Source of the DNA: an uncultured bacterium
Lineage (GTDB): Bacteria > Verrucomicrobiota > Verrucomicrobiia > Verrucomicrobiales > DEV007
Reading direction: 5' to 3'
Assembly (NCBI GenBank): GCA_963977015.1
Contig: CAXBMO010000017.1
Location: forward strand, 1-64,000
DNA: 64,000 nt
The notes under the pieces: model-generated
What the model saw: the letters and a program-made list of their open reading frames with translations, nothing else
Told to the model about the DNA's origin: nothing
Databases searched by the model: none
Shown here: positions 50,048 through 59,499 of the stretch, in pieces
Position numbering within the stretch: the first letter of the stretch is position 1
Layout of the letters: every line of letters starts with the position of its first letter
Position numbers and translations under genes: made by a program

Positions 50048-51388
50048 TCAACCTGACGGGAGGATGATGAGATGAAGTTGATTCTCGTCAACAAGCTCGG
50101 CCTGAAGCGTCAGATCAAGCACTTCGGCGCACGATTTGGCAAGCGCCAACCCGAGGCCGCTGTGGGTGGAATCCGTTCGCGCCCGATCATGCCGCCAAAG
50201 CCGATCGAACATTCGCGCCAAGTCTGCATTCTCCAGGTGAGGCGCGGGATTGGCGACGGAAAAGCCGGATTGCTCAAAATTTGCGATGACGATCTCCGAC
50301 TTTTCCGGGGCGTATTCAGCGGCGTTCGAAAGCAAATTCGAGACGATCACCCGAAAGAGTTTCACGTCGGTTCGGAGCGAAAAACCGGAATCCAAGCGAT
50401 TACGAAAGTCCACTCCCCGTTCGGCGGCTTTGGGTGCAAACAACGGCCAGGTCTCGTCGATCACAGTCGAGACATTGACCGGCTCCAGATGGATCTGATC
50501 GCTCCCTTTTTCCAGGCGGACCAGGGACAACATATTCTCGATGGTCGTCTGCAATTCTCCGGTGATTTCCAGAACATCCGCGTAATCCTCGTGGGACGCC
50601 TGATCGGGCCACTTCAGCGAAACCTCGGCAATCGAGCGCAAAGCCGCGACCGGATTTCGCAACTCGTGGGCCAGGTCCGCACTGAAACGGCGCTCGCGCG
50701 CAAAACTCTCCTCCAAGCGCCGCATCAGCTCGTTCAACCGCATCACGATTCCTGCCAGTTCCTTTGGCTGTGACTCCGTCGGAAATCTCGCGCTGAGGGT
50801 GTCCGCATCCATTCGCTCAGCCTGGCTCCCAACCTCGGCAAGCGGACGGAGCCCGGATCGGAGGGCAAAACTCGCCAAAACCGCGAACCCCAGGCCACTC
50901 AGAGCGCCAATTGCAACGATTGCGGTGACCAGCTTGCGAAGCGATGCATCCGCCGATTCACGGGTTGTCGCGACCATGATCCCGACCGTTCCCAAGGCAC
51001 CTCCGTCACTCGCCACGGCCAGAGTCCGCACCCAATCTCCATTGCCGAGAAGCTGGTTGGAATACGCAAATTCTTCGGCAAACTGCTCCGGCTGCTCGAT
51101 CTCAAACTGACCCAGATTTTGCGATTTGAGGATGCGCATCCCGCTCTCGCCCCAAATTTGAAAGTAGATCCCAAAGTCGTCCCGCGTGAAGTCTTCGATA
51201 CTCAACAAGCTGCTGCGCCCGGCGTTTTCTCCAAAGGGAATGGCCGCATAGAGCTCCCGCAACCGGGCATCCAGTTCCGTCTCCAGGCGATCCCGCACCG
51301 ACCAGAAAATCGCCCCACCAGCGATGGCCCAAAGCAGGAGAAACCCGGGAAGGAGCCAAAGCAGAAGGTGATGGCGAATGCTCGTCAT
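50048..51388 (-). CDS. QseC/CusS-type sensor histidine kinase
   Basis: Two TM segments, HAMP, ADLAHELRNP, NLLSNA, GLGL. Confidence 0.92.
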   Translation of the reverse strand: MTSIRHHLLLWLLPGFLLLWAIAGGAIFWSVRDRLETELDARLRELYAAIPFGENAGRSSLLSIEDFTRDDFGIYFQIWGESGMRILKSQNLGQFEIEQPEQFAEEFAYSNQLLGNGDWVRTLAVASDGGALGTVGIMVATTRESADASLRKLVTAIVAIGALSGLGFAVLASFALRSGLRPLAEVGSQAERMDADTLSARFPTESQPKELAGIVMRLNELMRRLEESFARERRFSADLAHELRNPVAALRSIAEVSLKWPDQASHEDYADVLEITGELQTTIENMLSLVRLEKGSDQIHLEPVNVSTVIDETWPLFAPKAAERGVDFRNRLDSGFSLRTDVKLFRVIVSNLLSNAAEYAPEKSEIVIANFEQSGFSVANPAPHLENADLARMFDRLWRHDRARTDSTHSGLGLALAKSCAEVLDLTLQAELVDENQLHLIILPSG

Positions 51389-51445
51389 GGAGGGAAGTCA
51401 TCGCCTATTCTCGCAACGCAGGCAACCCGGCGACCACCGGGCTGC

Positions 51446-52831
51446 TCAGGCAAGAATTGGGCGGACAACTTTCCCATAGACGTCCGTGAGTCGAAAATCC
51501 CGCCCTCCATGGAGAAAGGTGAGTTCCTCGTGATCGAACCCCATGATGTGGAGAAGCGTCGCGTGGAGATCGTGAATCGAAACCGGCTTCTCCACCGCGT
51601 AGTAACCGAAGTCGTCGGTCGCTCCATGATGAAAGCCGGACTTCACCGCACCGCCAGCGAACCACATCGTAAACCCATGGGGATTGTGATCGCGGCCGTT
51701 GGTGTGTTTCCCGTCGATCCCGGAAAAATACTCGAAGGTTGGCGTTCGCCCAAATTCACTTCCGCACATGACCAGGGTATCGTGAAGCAGGCCCCGCGCA
51801 TCCAGATCATGAAGCAACGCCGCGATCGGCTTGTCGACCGCATGGGCGTTTCCACGATGCCCCTTCTCAAGGTTCGAATGCTGATCCCACAAATTGCCGT
51901 AGCGCGGGGTGGCGTGGGTAATCGTGACGTAGCGAACGCCGGCTTCCGAGAATCTTCGCGCCAACAACAACGCTCGCCCAAACTCGTCGGTATGATCCTC
52001 GTCGATGCCGTAGAGGTCCCGCGTGGCTTTGGACTCGCGATTCAGATCCATCAGTTCGGGAGCTTCGGTCTGCATCCGAAACGCGAGTTCGAGATTCTCG
52101 ATCTCCTCCTCGGATTCACCATCCAACGCCCGGATGAAATCAAGGTGCTGTTCCTGGCCCTCGAATCGGGAATCCAGGTTTTCCCAAAGATGGGCAGGAT
52201 CCTTCTTGTCGGGTTTCCCGATCGGAGTGCCACCGTAAATCGATGGCAGAAAACCGGTCGGTCGAGACTGAGGCCGCCCCGGCACAATGTCGATATACCC
52301 CGGCAAATTCGCGTTCTCCGAACCCAATCCATACATGAGCCAACTTCCCAACGTCGGCCGAACCTCGCGCGGGACGCCCGTGTGAAGCACCGTTTTGGCG
52401 GTAAGGTGGTCGTTGCTCTCATGCTGAAGCGAATGGATGAAACACAGCTCATCGATGAACCGGCGATTCACCTCGGGAAAGAGATCGCTCGCCCAGGTTC
52501 CATTCCCTCCCCATTGCCTCCAATCAAACGGCGAACCAATGACGGTTCCTTGCGGGGCAAACGTGAATTTGGGAGGCCGAATCGAATCCGGAAGCGGCTT
52601 GCCATGATGAGCCTGCAAGGCAGGCTTGCGGTCGTAGGAATCAATCTGCGACAGTCCGCCTTCCAAAAAGATATAGATCACCCGCTGGGCTTTCGGGGCA
52701 AAATGAGGAATCCGCGTCGTGGCAGGCTTCCGCTGACTTCTCGCCAACAAATCCGTCAACGCGACACCGCCAATCCCGAGCATGGCATGGCGCAGGATTC
52801 GGCGTCGGGAGATCTGGGAGGTTCCTTTCAT
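51446..52831 (-). CDS. DUF1501 domain protein
   Basis: SRRRIL, PHFAPKAQRVI, WDQH, SEFGRTP, GRDH, DLHATLLH. Confidence 0.9.
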   Translation of the reverse strand: MKGTSQISRRRILRHAMLGIGGVALTDLLARSQRKPATTRIPHFAPKAQRVIYIFLEGGLSQIDSYDRKPALQAHHGKPLPDSIRPPKFTFAPQGTVIGSPFDWRQWGGNGTWASDLFPEVNRRFIDELCFIHSLQHESNDHLTAKTVLHTGVPREVRPTLGSWLMYGLGSENANLPGYIDIVPGRPQSRPTGFLPSIYGGTPIGKPDKKDPAHLWENLDSRFEGQEQHLDFIRALDGESEEEIENLELAFRMQTEAPELMDLNRESKATRDLYGIDEDHTDEFGRALLLARRFSEAGVRYVTITHATPRYGNLWDQHSNLEKGHRGNAHAVDKPIAALLHDLDARGLLHDTLVMCGSEFGRTPTFEYFSGIDGKHTNGRDHNPHGFTMWFAGGAVKSGFHHGATDDFGYYAVEKPVSIHDLHATLLHIMGFDHEELTFLHGGRDFRLTDVYGKVVRPILA

Positions 52832-52936
52832 CGGCTCAAACAAGATGGTCTCAGCTAATGAACGTCTCAAGCTGAACCACGGCCGAAAAATGACAGAAAA
52901 ATCGACTTTTCGCGTTTTCGAACTATTCTCGAGCCT

Positions 52937-53848
52937 ATGAATCGCACCATCGGCATCGGAATTGCCGTGCTTATTTTGGCTGGAACAGGCTACCTGGCGG
53001 CAGAATTTATCGTCAATTCGCGGATAAAAGGCGAGATCGACGCCGAGATTGAGCGCCATCGCGAAGACGCGGACATCAGCTACGGCAAATTCCGCTACGA
53101 CCTCGCCAGCAGTTCGGCACGAATGTCCCAATTTCAGATTGAAGGAAAAAAGGGGCAGAAAGGCAAAGTCACCGTCGATGAGATGATCGTCGATGACTTC
53201 AAGCCCCGCACAGAGGATGAATCATTCCCGTCGATGTTGAATTTCAAGGCGCTTGGAATCCAGCTCTCTGAAGAGGTGAATCCCGAGTTGAGCGAAGAAC
53301 TCAAGGAACTGGGCTATGAGGAGCCGCCACGGATGGATGCGGCGATCGATTACGAATACAATCTGGAAACCAAGCAGTTGGATATCCGTAAAGCTGCGTT
53401 GATGGGAGACGACATGGGAGAACTTTCCATCTCCCTCAGCCTCACCAATTTCACACCGCCACCAACACCTCCGCCGGGCGAAGAACTCAACCCGCTCCAA
53501 TTGATGGCGATGCTCTCAGCCTTGTCGATCCAATCCTGCGAAATCACCTTCCGGGACAACGGCATCACCAATCGGTTCCTCGACCGCGGAGCGGAAACCG
53601 CAGGAGTGACCCGCGATGAATTCGTCACCAGCCTGATCGCAGACTTGAGGGAAGGCCTGAAATCCGATTCCAGCACACTCAATCGCCAGGCGCTCGCCTC
53701 TGTGGAGCAGTTTCTCGACGATCCTGATCAGCTGAAAGTTACCATTCAGCCTGCCAGCCCCATTTCCGTCGCATCGATTGTCGCAGCGAAGTTCCTCGGT
53801 GGCGGCGCTCAGATTCCCCAGATGTTGGGAATCGAAGTGAGCAACTGA
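52937..53848 (+). CDS. Hypothetical N-terminally anchored protein
   Basis: 303-aa ORF with N-terminal TM segment. Confidence 0.75.
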   Translation: MNRTIGIGIAVLILAGTGYLAAEFIVNSRIKGEIDAEIERHREDADISYGKFRYDLASSSARMSQFQIEGKKGQKGKVTVDEMIVDDFKPRTEDESFPSMLNFKALGIQLSEEVNPELSEELKELGYEEPPRMDAAIDYEYNLETKQLDIRKAALMGDDMGELSISLSLTNFTPPPTPPPGEELNPLQLMAMLSALSIQSCEITFRDNGITNRFLDRGAETAGVTRDEFVTSLIADLREGLKSDSSTLNRQALASVEQFLDDPDQLKVTIQPASPISVASIVAAKFLGGGAQIPQMLGIEVSN

Positions 53849-53857
53849 AGCGCCAAC

Positions 53858-55243
53858 CTACTGCAGGTAGCTTTCGACCCAGTAAGAACGCCAGAGGAGA
53901 TCCTCGAACAGCGTTGGATTCGTCGTTTCCGCGTAGAGATCGATCGTCCCGGAAGTAATCGCCACGCCCTCATCCGTTGCCAACCCGCCGTAGAGGTTTG
54001 TCGATCCGCCTGACGAAATGCTCAACGGCTGCTGCTCAGCAATCAGAAACAGCCGAAGGCTTCCTCCATCGTCAAAGGAGGTAGTGGTCGTGACCGCGTT
54101 GGAACCGGAAAGCGCGACCACCAAGGGTCTCGCGTTGGACGAGGTAAAATTAAGCGTCGCCAGCGATGCGGAATCGACAGCGTAGGTGACAACCGGCTGA
54201 TTCTCCACGGCAAGCGCTTCCGACGGAGTCGACTGCCCCGTAAAGGTCAACGTCACCACATTGTTGATGATGGTATCGACCAAGTCCAAACTCCTGAGAT
54301 CAACAGTCACGACACCCGCTCCATTGGAACTAACCCCATTGGTATTCACCGAAGAGCCACTCAACGCATCCACCGTAAAGGCGGAACCGCCGTTGCGAGA
54401 AATCATCTTGTTCGTGAAACTCGGAAACGAGCCACTGTCGTTGAACGGCCCCCAATCATCGTCAAAAAACTTCGGATAGGTTCCCGAGGGATTGTGGGTT
54501 GATCCAGCCGCCGCAAACCAGTTCGGCAGGTCGGTCACCACCAGATTATTGGGCGCAAGCGCTGCCCCCGAAAGATCGGTAACCGCAAAGTTCGTCTGAA
54601 CTGCGGTTTCGTTATTCGCGACCAATTCTTCCGTGGCAAACGCAAAGGTGTTGTTCGCGCCGGAGTGCTGCCAGATGGCGCTCTTCCCATGAACCCGAAG
54701 ATTCCCGGAAACCGTTTTCGACGAAGTATGTCGACGAGATTCAAAGAGGTGATCGGACAGATTCAAAGCCCGGCTGCAGACTTGAAACTCGATCGTCTTG
54801 GGCGTCAGCGTCGTGCTCCAGGTTCCGGTTCCGGAATCGATATGACCGTAGACCGAAATATCAACCGTCTCGGCATAAGCGGCCCGATCGGGACTCGGGC
54901 TAACCTGGTTCACCGTTCCCAGCTGATTGGTCGTCGCAAAACCAGCGGTCGACCACGAAGGCGTGACGATGCGTCCCCAATTTCCCGGAAGATCAACCGT
55001 TTCGCCACCACCGGAAGCTGTCGTCCAGAAACGCTGATAGGCATAGGCTTTTGCGAGTTGCCGGCCATTCATTTCCCGGACATGCCGGATCGCACGATCC
55101 TCGAGCGAATTGACCTGTTCCATTCGGGCATTCATCACCGCGATGAGGGAGAGCATGCCCATTGTACCAAGCGCCATCACGATCATCGCAATGACGGTAA
55201 AAGTGCCGCGACAATGAAATTTGCGGGAGAGTTGAGAAGTCAT
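53858..55243 (-). CDS. PilX/GspK-like large minor pilin
   Basis: RG|TFTVIAMIVMALG hydrophobic helix without E5; Ser/Thr/Gly-rich body; third gene of the cluster. Confidence 0.6.
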   Translation of the reverse strand: MTSQLSRKFHCRGTFTVIAMIVMALGTMGMLSLIAVMNARMEQVNSLEDRAIRHVREMNGRQLAKAYAYQRFWTTASGGGETVDLPGNWGRIVTPSWSTAGFATTNQLGTVNQVSPSPDRAAYAETVDISVYGHIDSGTGTWSTTLTPKTIEFQVCSRALNLSDHLFESRRHTSSKTVSGNLRVHGKSAIWQHSGANNTFAFATEELVANNETAVQTNFAVTDLSGAALAPNNLVVTDLPNWFAAAGSTHNPSGTYPKFFDDDWGPFNDSGSFPSFTNKMISRNGGSAFTVDALSGSSVNTNGVSSNGAGVVTVDLRSLDLVDTIINNVVTLTFTGQSTPSEALAVENQPVVTYAVDSASLATLNFTSSNARPLVVALSGSNAVTTTTSFDDGGSLRLFLIAEQQPLSISSGGSTNLYGGLATDEGVAITSGTIDLYAETTNPTLFEDLLWRSYWVESYLQ

Positions 55244-55261
55244 GATGCAGTCAGCCGGGGG

Positions 55262-55723
55262 TTATTCGTAGTTCCGAATCTGGAGGTTGGAGCGATACGC
55301 CTTCAGATCGAGCGTTCGAGTCGGAATCGTAGCCTGCGATCCACCCGTCCATTTTCCTTCCGACCAACTTCCTTCGTCGCGAACCGGTTGGATCGAAGCA
55401 CGAAACGTCGTCGACTTGAAAGCCATTTCCGAAATGGTGTCCGAGACCTCCGCAACCTGAACCGTGACGGTCGTATCGGGGTCCGTCGGCAAATAGGCAA
55501 TCGCGTCCGATGGAGCCATTCCCAAAACATAGAGCGCTACCGCATTTTCCGCCAGGTTCAGGCCACGCGTTACGCGCCAGGACATGTCTTCCTGCGTATT
55601 CATCGTCAACGTCAACGAGGCTGCGGCGCTAACGCCAACGCCAAGAATGGCTGATGCGACGAGAACGTCGGCAAGGGAGTATCCCTTGTTTCGCTTTCTT
55701 TTGAAGGGGTGTTTGAACGTCAT
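55262..55723 (-). CDS. Prepilin-type N-terminal protein (PilV/GspI-like)
   Basis: KRKRNKG|YSLADVLVAS class III signal. Confidence 0.75.
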   Translation of the reverse strand: MTFKHPFKRKRNKGYSLADVLVASAILGVGVSAAASLTLTMNTQEDMSWRVTRGLNLAENAVALYVLGMAPSDAIAYLPTDPDTTVTVQVAEVSDTISEMAFKSTTFRASIQPVRDEGSWSEGKWTGGSQATIPTRTLDLKAYRSNLQIRNYE

Positions 55724-55731
55724 GGTCAGAC

Positions 55732-56652
55732 TTAGTGAAGGCTTGGAAATGCGGGAATCGTGAACATGAACTGGGTCCGGCCTCCCATCTTGTAGTAATC
55801 CCAAACCGCGTGGCCAGCGGCCTGTGACGGGGCCGGCGGATCCGTCGGAGATTCGAGGGTCCGGGTCGAGGGATCCGGAAGCCAAAGGAAGTAGAACGGC
55901 TGCTCCTGGGCGATCATGTACTTCGCCTTGTCAGCATCTGCCTCAAATGGCGCCTGGGCCTTCCGCTTAAAATACGCGATCATCGGACTGAAAGCGGTTC
56001 CCGTCCCAGTTGGAAAAAGCACATCGTAATAGGCGGTCATCAATCCGTTCTCATACCTTCGAACGGAGACATACTTGCCCTGAGTTACCGAGACGATATC
56101 GATGTCGTAAACCGCGACCACCGCCAACTCCGTCGCCGAGGAGCCGGGGGCAATCATGTAAACGGTCGCGTCTTCGGCCGTGGAAATCGTATCGTAGGCC
56201 ACAAACACGGCTGCAGCCGTCGCATCCAGAGTCAAAAGGTGCTGACGAAACGCCTCAGGCGTATCCAACGTGGCGCTTCCATCGGCGTAGGCAATGGTGG
56301 CCCCCCGCATCGTGTTCAAACCATTGCGACCGAGGCAGAAAACCGCAGAGGACTTTGCCATGTCATCGAGGAAATTCTCGCTGAGGTTAGCTGCCATGGC
56401 CGTGCGACCGAAATTGGGAGCGGAGTAAACCTCGATGGAATTCTGATCCAAGCCATAGAAGTTCTGAATCACGGCGTTGCTTGCCGCATCGTCTGCTCCC
56501 AGCTTGATCGTCTCAATCGTTGCGAGCACTTTCCGGTTCGCCGTGATGTTCTGGAAAATAAGAGCAGCTGCGGAGAAGAAAATCGAAGACAGTCCGATTG
56601 TCACAAGGACTTCAATGACGCTGAAGCCACGATTACGGGGAAATTCTTTCAT
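55732..56652 (-). CDS. Prepilin-type N-terminal protein (PilW/GspJ-like)
   Basis: RNRG|FSVIEVLVTI class III signal. Confidence 0.8.
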   Translation of the reverse strand: MKEFPRNRGFSVIEVLVTIGLSSIFFSAAALIFQNITANRKVLATIETIKLGADDAASNAVIQNFYGLDQNSIEVYSAPNFGRTAMAANLSENFLDDMAKSSAVFCLGRNGLNTMRGATIAYADGSATLDTPEAFRQHLLTLDATAAAVFVAYDTISTAEDATVYMIAPGSSATELAVVAVYDIDIVSVTQGKYVSVRRYENGLMTAYYDVLFPTGTGTAFSPMIAYFKRKAQAPFEADADKAKYMIAQEQPFYFLWLPDPSTRTLESPTDPPAPSQAAGHAVWDYYKMGGRTQFMFTIPAFPSLH

Positions 56653-56814
56653 AGAGCGAGTGAGAGTATAATATTTTAGATCCATTTACCATATTTACCA
56701 GAACTTTTAAGAATTCGATTCTCACTCTCTGGATTCGAAGCAAAACAGATCGAACTCGCGTTCTCTTACAGGCTGGTTTTTGACAACTGAGCCCAGCGGA
56801 CCTAAATCAAGGGC

Positions 56815-58578
56815 ATGAAACCTTCCCAAATTGCTCTGGGCTTGTGGAACCACCTCGAAGGTGAAGATTCAGGCGCTGAGTTGATTCGAGTAGCTCTGGA
56901 ATCCGGAGTCCGAACCTTCATCACATCGGACTCACTTGGAGGCGGCAAAGCCGATCGTATTCTCGGTGAAGCGATCCGTGACTCAGGCATTGCCCGCCAG
57001 GATTTGTGCATCATTGGGTGCATCGGTTACGTTGCAGGGAACGCAGGCCACGGCTACTCCACTGCGAAAGCCAGATTTACGGGCACCAGAGAGGAGTCGG
57101 AATACGCCGCCTATATCGATTCAGCGGTGAAGTCCTCGCTTGAGGCTCTCGGGCTCGAATCCTTCGACGTTCTTCTGCTTCAGGATCCCGACCAGACCGG
57201 ATTTCGGAGCATCGTCGTTTGGGATGCCCTTGCCAAAGTAAAGAGCGACGGTTTAGCCGCGTCTCTGGGAATCGCTCCCGGCCCCGCCAACGGTTACACG
57301 CTGGACTTGCTACACGCTTTTGACCAATTTGGCGACCGAATCGACTACGCAATGGTCGTCTACAGTCCGATCGAATCCTGGCCCGGTGAACTCTGCCTTC
57401 AGGCCGCCACCGAAGCTGGAATCGATTTGATCGTGCGCGAAAGTGTTGTTCCCGGTGGTCCCAACGCCCCGGCCGAAAAGGAGAAACGCCAAGCCAAACG
57501 GGATGCCGTCCGCGAAATCAGCGAATCGAGAATTACCAGCCACGGCGTCGCCACGTTGGAAGAACTTTGGGTCGCCTGGAGCCTTGCTCCTCCGGCGGTG
57601 AAAAGCGTTGTTGCCCCACTCCCCGGACCGGACAATGCCCCGTTGAAGGATCGTTTGGAAAGCCTTGTCTCGCTCGAAAACCTGGACACCACCGAACTGG
57701 CCAAAGACTTTGACCAAGTCCGCGAAACGGGCTCAAACCGTGGCATGGTTGCGCTCAAGGGCGGAACCCAGCAGTTTCAGGGAAAAATCCAGACCGAGCA
57801 ATGGCCGCTCGACGACGAACTGGAGAAAACGGCGGAGAAACACGGAATCGTCCTCGATCGCGATTACCTCTGCAAGGGTGATCCCCGCGATCATCGCGAC
57901 TTTGGCATGCCCAAACGTGGTGTCCCCCAGGCAATCGACCGGCGTCTCTTCATTCAGCTTCAAGTCTTTACCGACGTCGATCGCGACGCTGCCGTCGCTG
58001 AATTGGAATCGGCAAAAACGCCCGCAGTTGGATATGCCGATTTGAACGACCCTCGCGGAATGGGCGTTCTCCTCTGGGACGAGGATCCAATTGCCCTGAG
58101 TCAGCGGGCCTCTGAAACCTACGGATCCCCGGGATTTTCCCAAGCCACGTTGAAGCCGGAATTCACGATGCTGGGCCGGACCTACGCGTTCGGTCGCGAG
58201 GACGACGTCGAATACTGGCTCACGAAACGCCCGATTGAGAGCGCCACGTTTGCTGGTCGCCCTTGGGCTGTTTGGTATCCGCTTCGTCGCAAACCAGAGT
58301 TTTACCGCTTGCCCCGAACCGAGCAGGCGGAGATGCTTCGCGAGCACGGAATTATCGGCCACCACTATGGTTCGGCCGCCTATGCGACAGACATCCGTTT
58401 GGAATGTTTCGGGATGGATTCCAACGACAACGAGTTTGTGTTGGGCCTGCTCAGCGATCGGCTCTACTGGCTGTCGCGACTCGTCAAAGACATGCGAAGC
58501 ACCAAGCAAACCGGCGAATTCATGGATAGTTTGGGGCCGTTTTTTGTCGGTCACACCATTTATCAACACGCCGGTTAG
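56815..58578 (+). CDS. Fusion of an aldo/keto reductase-like barrel and a ChdC(HemQ)/chlorite dismutase family domain
   Basis: N-terminal ALESGVRTF, SLEALG...DVLLLQDPD; C-terminal WYPLRRK..FY.LP, EHG.IG, DNEFVLG, GPFFVG. Confidence 0.8.
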   Translation: MKPSQIALGLWNHLEGEDSGAELIRVALESGVRTFITSDSLGGGKADRILGEAIRDSGIARQDLCIIGCIGYVAGNAGHGYSTAKARFTGTREESEYAAYIDSAVKSSLEALGLESFDVLLLQDPDQTGFRSIVVWDALAKVKSDGLAASLGIAPGPANGYTLDLLHAFDQFGDRIDYAMVVYSPIESWPGELCLQAATEAGIDLIVRESVVPGGPNAPAEKEKRQAKRDAVREISESRITSHGVATLEELWVAWSLAPPAVKSVVAPLPGPDNAPLKDRLESLVSLENLDTTELAKDFDQVRETGSNRGMVALKGGTQQFQGKIQTEQWPLDDELEKTAEKHGIVLDRDYLCKGDPRDHRDFGMPKRGVPQAIDRRLFIQLQVFTDVDRDAAVAELESAKTPAVGYADLNDPRGMGVLLWDEDPIALSQRASETYGSPGFSQATLKPEFTMLGRTYAFGREDDVEYWLTKRPIESATFAGRPWAVWYPLRRKPEFYRLPRTEQAEMLREHGIIGHHYGSAAYATDIRLECFGMDSNDNEFVLGLLSDRLYWLSRLVKDMRSTKQTGEFMDSLGPFFVGHTIYQHAG

Positions 58579-58608
58579 ACCATCGTCGAGGTAACCACGT
58601 CCCACCCG

Positions 58609-59499
58609 ATGCTCGACCTCGAATACCTTTCCCAGCTTCATCGCCAATTTCAGGACGAGCTATCCGCTCAACCGCAGACTTTTGAAATCCGCGGGCAAAG
58701 GTTCGGGCATTTCCCCGATGACACGGCGCTGATGGGCGTGGTGAACCTGTCTTCCGATTCCTGGTATCGGGAAAGCGTAAGCCTGACCACAGAATCTGCG
58801 ATTCGGCGTGGGAAACGACTGATGGCAGACGGCGCTCGCCTCATCGATCTTGGAGCCGAATCAACGATTCTTAACGCCGAGCGCGTTGACGCAGAAGGTC
58901 AGCAGGCCGCACTTTTGCCGGTCGTCAGGGAACTCACGGCTCAGGGAGCCCTGGTTTCAACCGAGACCTACAATCTGGAAGTGGCCCAGGCCTGCCTCGA
59001 AGCCGGAGCTGCGGTTCTCAACCTCACGGCCGCCGAGTACACCTCCGACTTTTACGAACTCGCGGCAACGCACGAAGCGGGCGTCGTCATTTGCTACCTC
59101 CAGGGAAATCACGCCCGTGAAGTCGCCGACTTTCAACTCTCCACCGATCACACGGCGGTTCTACATCGCTACTTCGCCAACGAAATCGAACGAGCCACTT
59201 CCGCCGGAGTCCGGCGGATCTGGATTGATCCCGGTTTGGGCTTTTACTACAAAAACCTCCAGGATTCGTCGGAACGCGTTCGCTACCAAATGCAGACCTT
59301 TCTCAACGCCTTCCGGCTTCGCACGTTGGGATGGCCCGTCTGCCAGGCGTTACCCCACGCTTTTGAATTCTTCGAAGACGAAGTTCGCTGCGCCGAACCG
59401 TTCTTCGCCGTCCTTGCGGCCCTCGGAAAGGTCGACCTAATCCGAACCCACGAGGTCAGCCGCGTTCGGGGAGTTCTTCAAACCATGTCGGCCCACTAA
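58609..59499 (+). CDS. folP: Dihydropteroate synthase-like protein (atypical)
   Basis: MGVVNLSSDS, IDLGAEST, IDPGLGF, RTHEV; SRK motif absent. Confidence 0.75.
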   Translation: MLDLEYLSQLHRQFQDELSAQPQTFEIRGQRFGHFPDDTALMGVVNLSSDSWYRESVSLTTESAIRRGKRLMADGARLIDLGAESTILNAERVDAEGQQAALLPVVRELTAQGALVSTETYNLEVAQACLEAGAAVLNLTAAEYTSDFYELAATHEAGVVICYLQGNHAREVADFQLSTDHTAVLHRYFANEIERATSAGVRRIWIDPGLGFYYKNLQDSSERVRYQMQTFLNAFRLRTLGWPVCQALPHAFEFFEDEVRCAEPFFAVLAALGKVDLIRTHEVSRVRGVLQTMSAH

